Source: Octopus vulgaris (taxonomy: Eukaryota). From it: 64,000 nt of DNA. Shown here in pieces: positions 1 to 12,222 of this stretch. The notes below the pieces were generated by a model that was not told where the DNA came from, ran no database searches, and saw only the letters and a program-made list of their open reading frames with translations. How positions within the stretch are numbered: position 1 is the stretch's first letter; each line of letters starts with the position of its first letter. Location: positions 63,178,001-63,242,000 of the forward strand of contig OX597820.1 of the NCBI GenBank assembly GCA_951406725.2. The letters run 5' to 3'. A program made the position numbers and the translations under genes.

Positions 1-694
1 ACTCTGAGTTTCAGATGCCGAAGTGGAAATCCACAACACCATCTCTTCGGTTATCTGGCTATTTGAAAACGTTATGAAAAAATACCGTTAAAAATGAAGG
101 GAAATTACTCTGTTATAACTCTGCTTTGCCTGCGTACTTATACATCGCTCGCATTTTTCGTCATAAAAATTATATAAAAATACATAAAAATATATAAAAT
201 ATATAAAATCTTCTTGGGACATAACACAGAAAGCATGTTCTATCCGTTTTCTTTAGGGGACCAAAAACGTAACAGAAATTTAGTCACATGTGGGCATGAT
301 CCGAAAAGCTCTGTCCTTGTATTTAGACCTGGCTTATCTGGAAAAGCAGCTTAGACCCTACCACATGTCTAAATACAAGGACAGAGCTTTTCGGATCATG
401 CCCACATGTGACTAAATTTCTGTTACGTTTTTGGTCCCCTAAAGAAAACGGATAGAACATGCTTTCTGTGTTATGTCCCAAGAAGATTTTATATATTTTA
501 TATATTTTTATGTATTTTTATATAATTTTTATGACGAAAAATGCGAGCGATGTATAAGTACGCAGGCAAAGCAGAGTTATAACAGAGTAATTTCCCTTCA
601 TTTTTAACGGTATTTTTTCATAACGTTTTCAAATAGCCAGATAACCGAAGAGATGGTGTTGTGGATTTCCACTTCGGCATCTGAAACTCAGAGT
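1..694. repeat. Long fold-back palindrome: 328-bp arms (1-328, 367-694) with a 38-bp spacer; may extend beyond the window start
   Basis: 1-328 (actctgagtttcagatgccg...gtccttgtatttagac) is the reverse complement of 367-694 (gtctaaatacaaggac...catctgaaactcagagt). No mismatches seen by eye. Confidence 0.95.
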
Positions 695-701
695 TTTATC
701 T
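639..701 (+). ncRNA. Candidate minimal type-I hammerhead ribozyme (variant core)
   Basis: Stem I AGATAA(639-644)/TTATCT(696-701). Core CCGAAGA (U4>C). Stem II GATG/CATC plus one extra T, then GAAA (683-686). Self-complementary stem III ACTC-A-GAGT, cleavage triplet GTT. Confidence 0.5.
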
Positions 702-723
702 TGACTACCGAGTAATGTAACAT

Positions 724-777
<54 letters not shown>

Positions 778-840
778 GGAGATATACTTGCATAGCTAGT
801 AACTTGATCTAAGATCGTGCGCTAGAGCGAAAACAACTGC

Positions 841-1088
841 AGCGTGGAAGGTGTTTTGAAGCCATTTAAGAAACACACAAAACCGTTAGATTCGCTTCAA
901 CATTTAAATTTAATTTGTAAAACTATTTTCGTCGCTTTGAAACCGCGACCAGGTCACTGACAAAACTGATGCAGCACGAAGTTTTGTCAGTGAACAGGTC
1001 GCGGTCTCAAAGCGACGAAAATTTAAATGTTGAAGTTAATCTAACGGTTTTTGTGTGTTTCTTAAATGGCTTATAAACACCTTCCATG

Positions 1089-1090
<2 letters not shown>
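841..1090. repeat. Imperfect ~250-bp palindrome (fold-back, PLE-terminus- or MITE-like), followed directly by (TA)n
   Basis: agcgtggaaggtgttt...cactgacaaaact pairs with agttttgtcagtg...aaacaccttccatgct. ~12-bp spacer; the right arm has a ~20-bp deletion. Confidence 0.9.
983..1020 (+). ncRNA. Hammerhead-like motif with swapped G3-C8 core; mirrored copy on the - strand at ~914-964
   Basis: TTTGTCA-GTGAACA-G-GTCGC-(9 nt)-GCGAC-GAAA. The mirrored arm reads TTTGTCA-GTGACCT-G-GTCGC..GCGAC-GAAA-ATAG-TT-TTACAAA and supplies stem III and stem I'. Confidence 0.45.
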
Positions 1091-1150
<60 letters not shown>

Positions 1151-1154
1151 TATA

Positions 1155-1870
1155 TACAGGGTGCGATGAGAAGTTGTCACTATTTTATATTTTTTATTAC
1201 GCTCACATTGTTTATTTTTTATTTTGTCGACTACAGTGTATAGTAGAGTCCATTGAGAGTCATCTGTGAGAAAAACACCCCCGTTACGTAATTCACCAGC
1301 TAAAGCATCCAGTTAACGCCATGATGTTTGGAGTAATCGCCAGTGATGGCGACGTTATGCCTCCATTCACCTTCCCACACGGCCTCAGAATCAATACGGA
1401 TGCCTGGAGGAGGTAGTGCTGCTCTGCCTAAAGATGGTGGCAACTGGAAGACCCTATGTCTGACAACAGGACTCTGCACCATGCTACGCAAGCAGGAGAA
1501 CCCAGACATGGCCGATAGACAATTTCTGCGACCACATCACCCCTAACGTCTGACAACCTAACTCCCCAGACTGTAACCCCCTTGATTATTATTTGTGGGG
1601 CACAGTTCAGCGAGAAACCAATAAAACTTCTTGTAACACCACAGATGAACTGAAGGCAAGGATTATGGCAGCACTCGCCAACATAAACAAGGTGACCGTC
1701 CAGAAGAGCTGCATAAGATTCCGAAGTTATTTGGAAGCAGTGCGTAAAGCCAATGGCGATTTCATTTACTCTTTAGCATTTTAAGATATTTTTCTATAAT
1801 TTTGGTAAATATATCTGTTAAAATGAGATGTCAGTGTTATTTTCATTTTTACCGTAATTTAGACGAGAGT
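1155..1870 (+). mobile_element. Decayed Tc1/mariner-superfamily DNA transposon, DD37D (maT-like) transposase C-terminus
   Basis: Translation from 1461: *QQDSAPCYASRRTQTWPIDNFCDHITPNV*QPNSPDCNPLDYYLWGTVQRETNK...LEAVRKANGDFI. 37 residues lie between the 2nd and 3rd catalytic D. Begins TACAGGGTG after a TA tract. Boundaries approximate. Confidence 0.8.
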
Positions 1871-2122
1871 TTATATATATATACACAGAGATAGATAGAT
1901 AGAGAGAGAAAGAGAGAGGGAGAGAGAGTGAGAATGATACATTGCACAGTCGGTTACGACGACGACGGTTGCAGTTGATCCGATCAGCGGAATATCCTGC
2001 TCGTGCAAGTGGCTGAATCTCCACAGACACGTGTACCCTTAACGTAGTTCTCAGGGAAATTCAGAATGACACATAGTATCACATGGGTAGCCACTTGGAA
2101 CACAGAAACCACTCATTTTTGG

Positions 2123-2216
2123 CAGCCGAAAAGTTACGTTAACAACAAACAAGATGAGCACAAATATCCGTCAAATATAAATAATATAATTAAATCCTCA
2201 TCTCTTAAATAAAGAA

Positions 2217-2218
<2 letters not shown>
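2123..2218 (+). mobile_element. Fragment of a dispersed repeat with a PLE-like terminus; related copy at 44205-44475
   Basis: gttaacaacaaacaagatgagcacaaatat recurs inverted at 44205-44234; cgtcaaat..cctcatctcttaaata recurs directly at 44417-44470. Confidence 0.6.
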
Positions 2219-2395
<177 letters not shown>

Positions 2396-2619
2396 CTGCC
2401 GTCCTTGTATTTATTAAAATGGCGAGGTGGCTGAATTGTTAGCTCACCGGACAAAACGTTTAGCGTCTATGTTTACCTTCTCGTGAATTTTGCATTTGGC
2501 AAAATAGACAATATATATACACATATATATATATAAGAAGCAGTGTATTAAGGGAGTCGATGTAGTCAACTCTCTCCCTCTAACAGGTCTTGTGGTTATA
2601 GAGAAAATAATTACTACTG

Positions 2620-2780
2620 TGGCGGCGAGCTGGCAGAATCATTAGCTTGCTAGAAAAAATGATTAACGGTATTTCGTTCGTCTTCATATTCTGAATTGAA
2701 ATCAAGTTGAATTGGGATTCGCTTTTCCTTCATTCGGGATCGATGTGATCGACTAGGCCCCCACCTCTCTCTTACAATTT
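2620..2780 (+). mobile_element. Diverged SINE family A copy; another fragment at ~2420-2480
   Basis: ggcggcgagctggcagaatcattagc...ttcgggatcgatgtgatcgact matches the copies at 13781, 45434 and 57187. Confidence 0.7.
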
Positions 2781-2802
2781 CAGGCTTCATTCATATAGAA
2801 AA

Positions 2803-2861
<59 letters not shown>

Positions 2862-3493
2862 TTATTATTATCATCATCGTCATCATCGTCCTCATTATTA
2901 GGTATGCATTCATTTTCTGTATGTTGTTCTGTGTTAACAACAATGTCACGCTTAACACCGCCTTTATTGAATTTTATTTCCCCAGATCTTTTCAAATCGC
3001 CATATTATTAACACATTTAACATAAAGGCTCTTTAGGTTGTTAATACGTTTTAAATATTTTATATCATTCTATAACCCGTGCTATTCCAATGCATTAGGC
3101 GTTAAGTAACTCGTCCTTCATATGACATGAAGTCATCTAGCATTGTATCGCATACTGTTGAAATTATCATCATCAAATATTATCTCTTCCACTACACGCC
3201 TACCTATTACTGAATTATCATGTTGATCTGACTATCCATCTCTGTGTGTAATTATTCAGGTCTCACTGCCTTTCAGAGTCTATCACTCTCTCTCCCATTT
3301 TGTCTTATCTCTCTCTCGCTTCTCCAATATGCACACATAAAGAAATACCAACCTATTGCACAAAAGCTCCAACATATTTATACAAATATACATACATCTA
3401 TACATATATATGTGCGTGTATGTGCGTGCGTGCGTGCGTGCGTGTGCACAAGAATGCATCCATAAATATATATACGCATATACACATATACAA

Positions 3494-3526
<33 letters not shown>

Positions 3527-3757
3527 CATATATATGTATGTATATACATATGTATACATATGCATGCACACACACGCACGCTCACTCATATATATATATA
3601 TATCTGTAAATAAAATATGCGACAATTATTCGGTAGCCATCATAAAAATCCGAGTTTTATCCCACGCCGGCATCTCTTCAGTTATCAGGCCATCAACAAA
3701 ATGCATACACACACACACACACAAACACAAACACAAACACAAACACACACACGCACT

Positions 3758-3809
<52 letters not shown>

Positions 3810-4121
3810 AACGTACGCAGAGTGGCCAAAAAATAGGCTAACAGTTATTCAACTGTCTCTTTCGCATTCTTATATTAACAGGTTATTATTATATAAATAA
3901 ATACTGTAGTGGGTGTGTGGTAAGAAGCTTACATCCCAAAAAACATGGCTCTGGTGCACTCCCACTGCCTGGGACCTTGGACAAGTGTCTTTTACTGTAG
4001 ATTTTGATTCAAATGAATATGGTACTTAACTTAGATGCACCAGAATTTTTTTATGGTATTACCCGTAAAATTATGTGGGGTGATTATAACCAAAAAATAA
4101 GCAACAAGAATGGATCGGTAG

Positions 4122-4207
4122 TTTAGTACAATTGTTTCATACTATAAACATTTTATTAAAGCTGCAAATATTACAGCAAATTTAATGTCAAGTAATCTTC
4201 AGCTAAA
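4122..4207 (-). ncRNA. Candidate type-I hammerhead ribozyme in the 3' terminal region of a Penelope-like element
   Basis: Minus strand: TTTAG-CTGAAGA-[long stem II: TAC/GTA, ATTAAA/TTTAAT, GCTGTAA/TTGCAGC]-GAAA-C-AATT-G-TA-CTAAA. Canonical core, palindromic stem III, GUA triplet, ~380 nt downstream of the GIY-YIG stop. Confidence 0.7.
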
Positions 4208-4589
4208 TTTCATATAGGTTTTCCAAGCATCTTAGAGAGTGTAAATATACTTATAAAGTTATATGTGAGTTCCAGGAACTTGAAGTAAGATTCCAAGCAG
4301 ACCATATATGTTTTCCAACAATACAAAGTTCTTAAATTAATTGTTGACATCCCAGAGAAGGTAAATATACTCATAAATATGTGGATATAAATTTCAAGAG
4401 ACACGAGGAAAGATGCCGATCAGACCACGATTAAGTTCGCATCTAACTGTTGCAAACAAAATTCTGTAGTAGTATGAAAAGATAGCGGGTAGGTCAAGGA
4501 AGCTGACTAGCTAGGGCAAAGAACATTATTAAAGAACATATTAAAAAGATACAGTTAGAAAGAACAACAATCGAAGAACCTACAAATTT

Positions 4590-5315
4590 CTATTTAAAAT
4601 ATTTTAAAGGTTTGATTTTTGAATGAATACAAGACAGACCCAACTCTATTTGATAATTTAGTACATTTTTTTTTCTATACTTTAGAATCTCGTATGTCTT
4701 CATGGAACAGAGTTGACAGCCTACCCTATTATTTCTATAACTACCCATTCTAACTATTACCCATTTTAGGTTATATTTAATATTATTAGTTTTGAGTTCC
4801 CAAATTTTACTGGAAAGTGTAGTGCAACCTGCTTTAGGATCTAATCGGAAAGAGGAGAGATGATTGCTAAATCTCTGTTTAAAATTAATAGTACAACCCA
4901 GGTAAAAATAGTTACTATAAGAAGTTGTTTTAGTACATTTATAGATTACGTTATGGACCGAACAACGACCAGATGCCGGACATTTTGACTTAATCCTACA
5001 ATTGCAACTAGGGGGATAATTTTCAGATTTAGAATTATTTAAGGACAGATCTCTCACATTGCTGCTATTCAAATTATTATGAATATTATTTTCGTTATTA
5101 TAGGTAATATTGTTATCCAAAGTGGGGTTATTATTTATTGATATGTTTCCACTATCATTTAGATCTACCATAACAATATCACAATTACCTACATTATTGA
5201 TATTGCTATTATTATTATTTGTATTTATATCCAAGTAATTATTACTGCTATAGATATAATTGTTATCCTCATTCTCGATATTATTTCTAATTGTATTATC
5301 TTTATTTTTATCATT

Positions 5316-5321
<6 letters not shown>
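4590..5321 (-). mobile_element. Penelope-like retroelement 3' fragment: Asn-rich linker plus GIY-YIG endonuclease
   Basis: CNCRIKSKCPASGRCSVHNVIYKC...YFYLGCTINFKQRFSNHLSSF...LSSKIWELK...CQLC matches the PLE Cys-rich linker plus VIY-YLG motif. The 5' end runs into (TA)n. Confidence 0.85.
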
Positions 5322-5385
<64 letters not shown>

Positions 5386-5395
5386 GCATGTATGT

Positions 5396-5590
5396 ATTTG
5401 TCTCCCCACCGTCGCTTGACAAACGACGAGGTGTATTTACGTCTCCCTAACTTAGCAGTCCGACAAAGGAAACCGATAGAATAAATTAAATAATAAGCTT
5501 ACAAAGAATAAATCTTGTGATCGATCTGTTCGACTAAAGTCGGTGCTCCAGCATGGCCACACTCAAATGACTGAAACAAGTAAAATAATG
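5396..5590 (+). mobile_element. SINE family B, 3' half; a 5'-half fragment lies at ~3908-4005
   Basis: Matches 42995-43190 (cgcttgacaa...ggtgctccagcatggcc...aaatgactgaaacaagtaaaa). Confidence 0.8.
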
Positions 5591-5978
5591 AAATTAAAAA
5601 AAATATACGTGTACGTCCGCACGTCTATATATGTTTGGTGGCGGTTGTATTTTCGCTTGATACACTAGCTGTATAGTCAAATTTTGCCTCATCTTTGAAT
5701 TTTCTGACTTGTTTCTATTACTACATTTATGTAGAAAATGCATCAATCTCGTTACTTATATCACTCTTATTCTCTCTGTCTATCTCGATTGCGGCATCCA
5801 GAAATCTTTCAAGATGGAAGGAATATAGAAAAGGTCACATGACAATAGCAATCATGTTTTAAACGAAATCTTTGAAAATAAAGTCCTTGATTTCTATGGA
5901 GATTTAAAGCGCAATATTTTTTTCATTACCTCGCTATTGAAAATATTAAGAATGTTGCAGGTGTTACAATTTGGACCT

Positions 5979-6055
<77 letters not shown>

Positions 6056-6389
6056 TAAATGTGTGTGTGTGTATGTGTGCGTGTATATACATACTTATAT
6101 GAAAGTAGCGGTAAAGGAAAATTCTCTGATGATTCTCAGTTTGTTTACCATTCACTCCAAGACATCTTAAATTTACATGTTTTATGTAGATGTTCGTCTT
6201 CTCGTTTCTCTGTTCTTTTTTTTTTGTTTTCTCTTTTTGTTTTCTTTTTCCATTTCTGCACCAAATGATATCGATAGAGATTCTGCATTCATTTCTTTTA
6301 TTCTCCTCCATGTTTTAGTCTTTGGATGCGACATTTTTGATCCAGCACGTCATAGAATGTATCTCTCAGTATTTTTCAAATGCATGAAA

Positions 6390-6422
6390 GTAGTAGTAGT
6401 AGTAATAGTAGTAGTAACAGTT

Positions 6423-6458
<36 letters not shown>

Positions 6459-6720
6459 ACAGTTGTAGTAGTAGTAGTAATAGTAGTAGTAGTAGTAGTT
6501 GATGTTGTTGTTGTTATTGTTGTTATTTTTGTTTAAGTTGTTTCCGTTATTGATGTTTTCTTGTTGTTGTTGTTGTACTTCTTCTTCTTCTTCTTCTTTT
6601 TGTTTTTCTACTTCTTTTCTTCTTCTTCTCCTTCTTCTTCTTCTTCTTCCTCTTCTCCTTCTTCTTTTTCTTCTTCTTTTCCTTGACGTTGTTGTTTTTC
6701 TTCTTCTCCTCTTCACCCTT
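6390..6720. repeat. Compound (GTA)n/(GTT)n/(CTT)n microsatellite
   Basis: Directly visible; source of the poly-V, poly-Y, poly-R and poly-L ORFs. Confidence 0.95.
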
Positions 6721-7074
6721 CCTTCACTTCTGATCTGCATTGCACTTCATACTGACCATTCATTAAACGATTCGTAGTAAATCGATCTTATTTTCTCTCT
6801 CTCTTTAAAAAAAAAATCCGTTTCCTTTCTTCGGGTGCTGAAAAAACTATAACTGATTTGTCATTATCCCTTTTATAATCTTTTCCATAATAGCGCCAGC
6901 GAGCAATAGACAGGTGAGAAAGTCAATATCTGTGTTTCGCTGGTCTTTGACTTCAAAACAACACTACTACATACAGGAGCAGCAAATTTGAATCCTGTAT
7001 AATTTGAAAACATGTTCAAATTAGTCAAGCATATCGCTAGACATTGTGTTCGGAATTCTAATCCTTTTGTCCAG

Positions 7075-7217
7075 TTTCTGTTATTTTATATCAAATATAC
7101 GCTTTTTCAAAAATAAGAGGGGATGGTCCACGGTGGAACGTCTTTACCCATTTATCCTACTTGACCAAAGCTACTCTGTTGTTGTACAACAACAAAAACG
7201 GCGAAACCATTTATTGC
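7075..7217 (+). pseudogene. Candidate exon of an unidentified secreted or surface protein gene; downstream exons look disrupted
   Basis: Acceptor ctaatccttttgtccag and donor gtatgt bracket an open frame SVILYQIYAFSKIRGDGPRWNVFTHLSYLTKATLLLYNNKNGETIYC. The next acceptor/donor pair (7337-7396, tttacag...gtaagt) has stops in all three frames. Confidence 0.35.
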
Positions 7218-8101
7218 GTATGTATAATTATGAGTATTATGCGACAAAATTAACGATGCTAATGAATTTGATCCAAGCATTAATCGATTTCATCAATTTT
7301 GAAATGATGATCTCAATGGTTCTCTGCACTTTACAGATCGATTTAATATCGAAATTTGAATCACACCAACTTTGATTATGTCTACATATGCATTATGTAA
7401 GTTTTGGCGGAATATACTGTGTTGGCGACCGATTAAGATTTAACACCTTGGAAATTGAAACTGCATAAAAGTAATCTTTGAAACACTACCTGCTATCTAT
7501 TGTACGCTATATTACAGTATGTAATTCATGACTTTCCTTATTGCACAGGTTCACAATAACGAAACCTGATACGTCAGAAAAACATTAGTATTTAACCTGC
7601 TGGAGTGTCCTCCAACTAATAAATCTGGTTATAACACAACTCCACTGTTATACAGCATCGTTTAGCCTAGCAACATTAATGTATAACCTATCACAATGTG
7701 TTACACGATAAGCTCATTTTACCCTTTCATATTTTAAGCTCCCTGTTTCATACCTTATTAAAAGGTTGTAAAGCCATTATTCTCTTTTCTATTAAATCCT
7801 ACAACTATCTTAGACATTCTCTGATACTGTTATTACATATTCCGTGAAACCATCGTATGGCTATGAGAAACAGTACTTCATATTAGGTTTTTATCATCTC
7901 TAGATGATTTCGCCTCTTACGAATATAATACAACGAAGAAATAGGAAGACAATGCATCGAGATTTCAGCAAGCAGTGGATGAATATACGATATCATTTAA
8001 AGCTCACAATTTAGCTTTCTAATAATATTTACTCTTTCCTGCAATATAAAACAGTGATTCCTTCTAGCTGTATATATATATATATACATATATATATATA
8101 C

Positions 8102-8133
<32 letters not shown>

Positions 8134-8134
<1 letters not shown>

Positions 8135-8481
8135 AGGTAAAAGGTAAAGACCCCCTTCGGTCATGAATGACCATGGGATTGCACCTAGAAAGTTACCCTC
8201 CTAGACACAAGTCCGGGCAAGGTTGTTTATGGAAGACCAGCAGTCGCCCATGCATACCGGCCTCCCTCTCCACGCCACCAGTGTTACCCAAGGGGAAGAC
8301 AAAGGTTGATACAGCTTGGCACCAGTGACGTCGCAACTCATTTCTACAGTTGAGTGAACTGGAGCAACGTGAAATAAAGTGCCTTGCTCAAGAACACAAC
8401 ACGCAGCCCGGTCCGGGATTCGAGCTCACAACCTCACGATCGTAAGCTCGACGCTCTAACCACTGAGCCATGCGCCTTCAC
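8134..8481 (-). mobile_element. Full-length tRNA-derived SINE (family C) with a (TTTACC)-type tail
   Basis: The minus strand begins GTGAAGGCGCATGGCTCAGTGGTTAGAGCG (A box) then GCTCGAATCCC (B-box-like), has a central gtgttcttgagcaaggcactttatttcac domain and ends ctttaccttttacctt. Related fragments at ~1960-2120 and ~63420-63630. Confidence 0.85.
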
Positions 8482-8771
8482 TACATATATATATATATAC
8501 ATATATATATATATGTATGTATGTCTAAAAAGATTATTTGCAGGAATTCATGCATTTCAATAATACAGACTCCAAGGCAGAATCAAGGCGAGCACACCCA
8601 TGTACCAACAGTGAGTACGGACACTCGCGTACTTAGTATACAGATTTGTCTTTCCAGTTATGCAGATATCGACTAGTATAGACCAGACAAACTCAATGTA
8701 TAAGTAATGTCACTCCGGCATGCATTCCAAGGTCCACTGTAGGCCCAAACATCTCTTCCTTCGAATTAAGC

Positions 8772-8908
<137 letters not shown>

Positions 8909-8939
8909 CAGATATGACAAAGCTGAGGAACAATGACGA

Positions 8940-10545
8940 TTTAACCTTATTTCAAACAACCTGTAGTAAGAAGCTTGCTGGAATGTCAAACAACAGAGAT
9001 ATTGATTGAATCAGCGTGGTCTGCTTTTAAAAATGTTGTATTTGAGTCATTTGTGGAACACTCAGGTATGGAAAGAGAAAGCACCAAGATTGATTCCATT
9101 TAAATGATCGAAACCTCTCTCCTCTTTTGGAAAATATGCACAAGTGCCGCTGACAATGGATGTTAAATAAAAATAATGCCACAAAACGCATTATAAAGGC
9201 CAAAATTACAGGTCAATCTCAACAGAGGGAAATGATAAAGATATGGTTGCAAAAGAAATCACAAGAGCTGCAGATTGCTCCGGACAGATGTGATACCAAT
9301 TCATTCTATTATAATTTAAAGAATGCCTTTGAACCTGTGTTTGTTGGCTCAGCTCCCATAATTTCAATTGGGGGTAATCTTCTGACAGATGAAAAAGGAC
9401 ATCCCGAAGCGCTGGAGAGGACATTTTTCAAGTGTTCTGAATATGAACTCAATTGTTGATGAAAAACTGATCAAAGAGGCCTGTCCTTAAAGCACTGTTA
9501 GTTGCACCATCAAATACTGAAATAAAAGTAGGCCATAAAATAGCTCATGAATAGAAACATGTCTGGGAACGATGGCATACCAACCGAGACATATTAAGGT
9601 GGTAGCAAAGCCCTTCTGAACAAATTATATAAAACTATTCTCAATCTGGGATCAGGATCAGTCCCACAAAAGTTTAAAAGCGCTTCTACTGTTCATGTTC
9701 ATTAGCACAGAGGTAACATATGTGAATGTGACAACCATAGAAGTCTCTCCTCTCTGTATGTTGCCGGGAAGTTCCTTGGAAGGGTTATCTGAAGCAGACT
9801 CAATGATATCCTTGCCAGCTTAGTGTTGCCTGAATCTCAGTGTGGCTTTTGAACTGTAGATATGATTTTCAACATAAGGCAACAGCAGGAAAAGCCTCAT
9901 TAGCAAACCGAAACGTTTTTGTCAATTCTGTAGATCTAACTAAAACTTCCGTCACCCCATCTAGGGATGCTCTTCGGGTTTAGAAAGCTAGGTGTTCCTG
10001 AAAAGTTGCTCAAAATCATCATTTCTTTCCATCAAGGGATGACAGCTTCTATCAGATATTGCGGGTAAATGTCCGATTCATTGACAGTCTCAAATGAGAT
10101 AAAACAAGGCTGTGTTCTTGCACGCCTCGTATTTGATTTGTATTTCTTTGTCATTTAGGAAACTGCGTATAGGGTTAAAGAAAGAATAAAGTTTGAGTAA
10201 AGTACTTGTGGAGGCATGTTCAACCAACAGAATTTCAAAACAATAACTAAAACTGGTGCAAACAGTTCGAGATTTACTCTCCGCGGACTGTTGTGGACAT
10301 GTAGCACACGTCCTTGAAGACATGCAGCAAATTCTAAACAACGTCCCGCGTTCATCGAAGCCTTTTCGTTTGATCAACAGCATAATCCTGTCCAATAGAT
10401 CATTCGTGACCATCCTCCCTCTGTTGCCCCTATTGTATATTCTGATGGGAAAGTAGTAAAAACTGTTTCTTCCTTCATTTATTTTGCTTCCATTGTGTCC
10501 AGTGATGTTAAGATGGTTAAAGAAATTGACACGTAACATATCAAC
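8940..10545 (+). mobile_element. Degenerate RTE-clade LINE (linker plus reverse transcriptase remnant)
   Basis: Broken frames give REMIKIWLQKKSQELQ..DTNSFYYNLK, SGNDGIPTE, DNHRSLSSLYVAGKFLGRV, PESQCGF, IKQGCVLA and DLLSADCC, i.e. RT motifs in RTE order with many stops and frameshifts. Confidence 0.8.
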
Positions 10546-12017
10546 CTTGTAACGTTTAAGCCAAAATATCCAAAGGATAGAAAAATATTCTGGCTTTTTT
10601 TAAATTCTGAGTAGATGCCAATAAATTACAGAAGAAGGTAGCAGCATTTTTTAGAGTACTAATAGTTTTGAGCGACATTGATAGTAATCACTGTACTCAA
10701 TTAAAGGAAGCCGTATTATGTGTAGATGGAATTTAAATTCGTTGAAAACATTCAAGAGATGAAATTAACTTATCTTGCGGACAAATATTTAATAATATTC
10801 ACGACAATGACTGCTTGTTTAGAGATTTATCACTCTTGATTGATAACATGAATCTGGGTACCTCTCATGATAAAGCCGTAATGCATATATGCAACAGATG
10901 TTGCACTTTCATGGTTGTATTCTTAGCGGCACATTACAGGAATACTAAACATGCATAAGAAAAAAACCCAGTTTCGTTGAAATACTGAAATGCCTGGTGA
11001 AATTGTTCATCTTACCTCAAAACAAATAAGAACATATTTTTCATCATTAACTGTAGGCAGATGTGTGCCTTCGGAAAGAAACATAACTGTGACAGCGGTT
11101 GTTCTAATGTTAATAAACATTACGGCCATAACAGAGGTGGAGTCGAAAAGGAAACATTGTAAAATGTGGAAAGAAAACAGGAAAATAATATTTCGTAAAA
11201 CAAATGATGAGCAAGAGGAGGAGAACAAAGAGAAGGAAGGTGACGGTTGTGAAGGTAGTGGTGTTGTTGGTGTTGATGATGATGATGGTGATGGTGGTGG
11301 TGATAATGTTGACACTAACCCTATCAATGACAAAACGAACAGTAATAGTAGTGTAATAAAAAACAGAAAACAGCAAAATCAGGGTTAACAAAAATGAGTA
11401 TAAAGGGGAAGTGAAAAAGATAGAGAAATAAGATAGTCGACATTGAGGCAAAATTACATGACTGAAAATGCAAGAAAGGAAAATATTAAAGAAGATCAAC
11501 AATAGAAATAAAAACTCCAAAACGGCGATTGAAAGAGGAGAAATATTGAATTCAATAGAACGAAAATTATCGTAAAAGAAATTAAGAAAACATTCGAGAA
11601 ACAAGCTTTGAAATACAGTCTTCAAGAGAATGAATAAAAGGGCAGGCATTGAACTGCATTTACTTGTGATCTGAAACATAATTATGCATCTGAACGTATT
11701 GTATCCCTGGAGTGTGTATATAACACCTATAACAGATGTGGTGAAAGACATTTCAATAAGGAGCTTACCAATAATTGGGGCACCTGATAATGCAAACACT
11801 TTTCGAGAAATATTGAAGGAAAATTAAGAGAAATTTATAACAGAGTTTCAGTTTCAACATATATATTTTGTTGATGGCATTCAAACAAACAGAAATTCAA
11901 TTTCACAAGTAAAAATGCCTAAACACAAGATTTGTAAGAAATTCTTCATAAATACAATTCTTATATCAACAGATTCTTGGTATACTTTACAATGCACTTC
12001 AACGCTGAATTTTCAAA

Positions 12018-12222
12018 TTGACATCGTTTCCGGCAATAAACACAGAGGGAGGATATGTCTATCGATTTAATGTTCTTGAGTGTAATGAAGCGACAATTAT
12101 TATGGCTCGAGATAATAGCAAACGAGATATTGATTTAAAGTGTCGTGACTGTAGCATTAGATTCATAAATGATTCCTGTCGTTCATACGATGCTTACAGT
12201 ATCTGTAGCTTTTTGTCAACAG
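12018..12222 (+). pseudogene. Candidate Cys-rich exon remnant of an unidentified gene
   Basis: TSFPAINTEGGYVYRFNVLECNEATIIMARDNSKRDIDLKCRDCSIRFINDSCRSYDAYSICSFLST followed by donor gtaaat. FNVLEC resembles FNLLEC at ~7590-7608. Confidence 0.25.

Noticed and set aside
8400-8481. tRNA gene
   Set aside because: The A/B boxes belong to a SINE head that continues into a SINE body and tail. No proper acceptor stem or T-run terminator.
11110-11799. 229-aa hydrophobic minus-strand ORF resembling a membrane protein
   Set aside because: It is the antisense of an A-rich strand, which gives F/L/I bias. It has no ATG start and no family motif.
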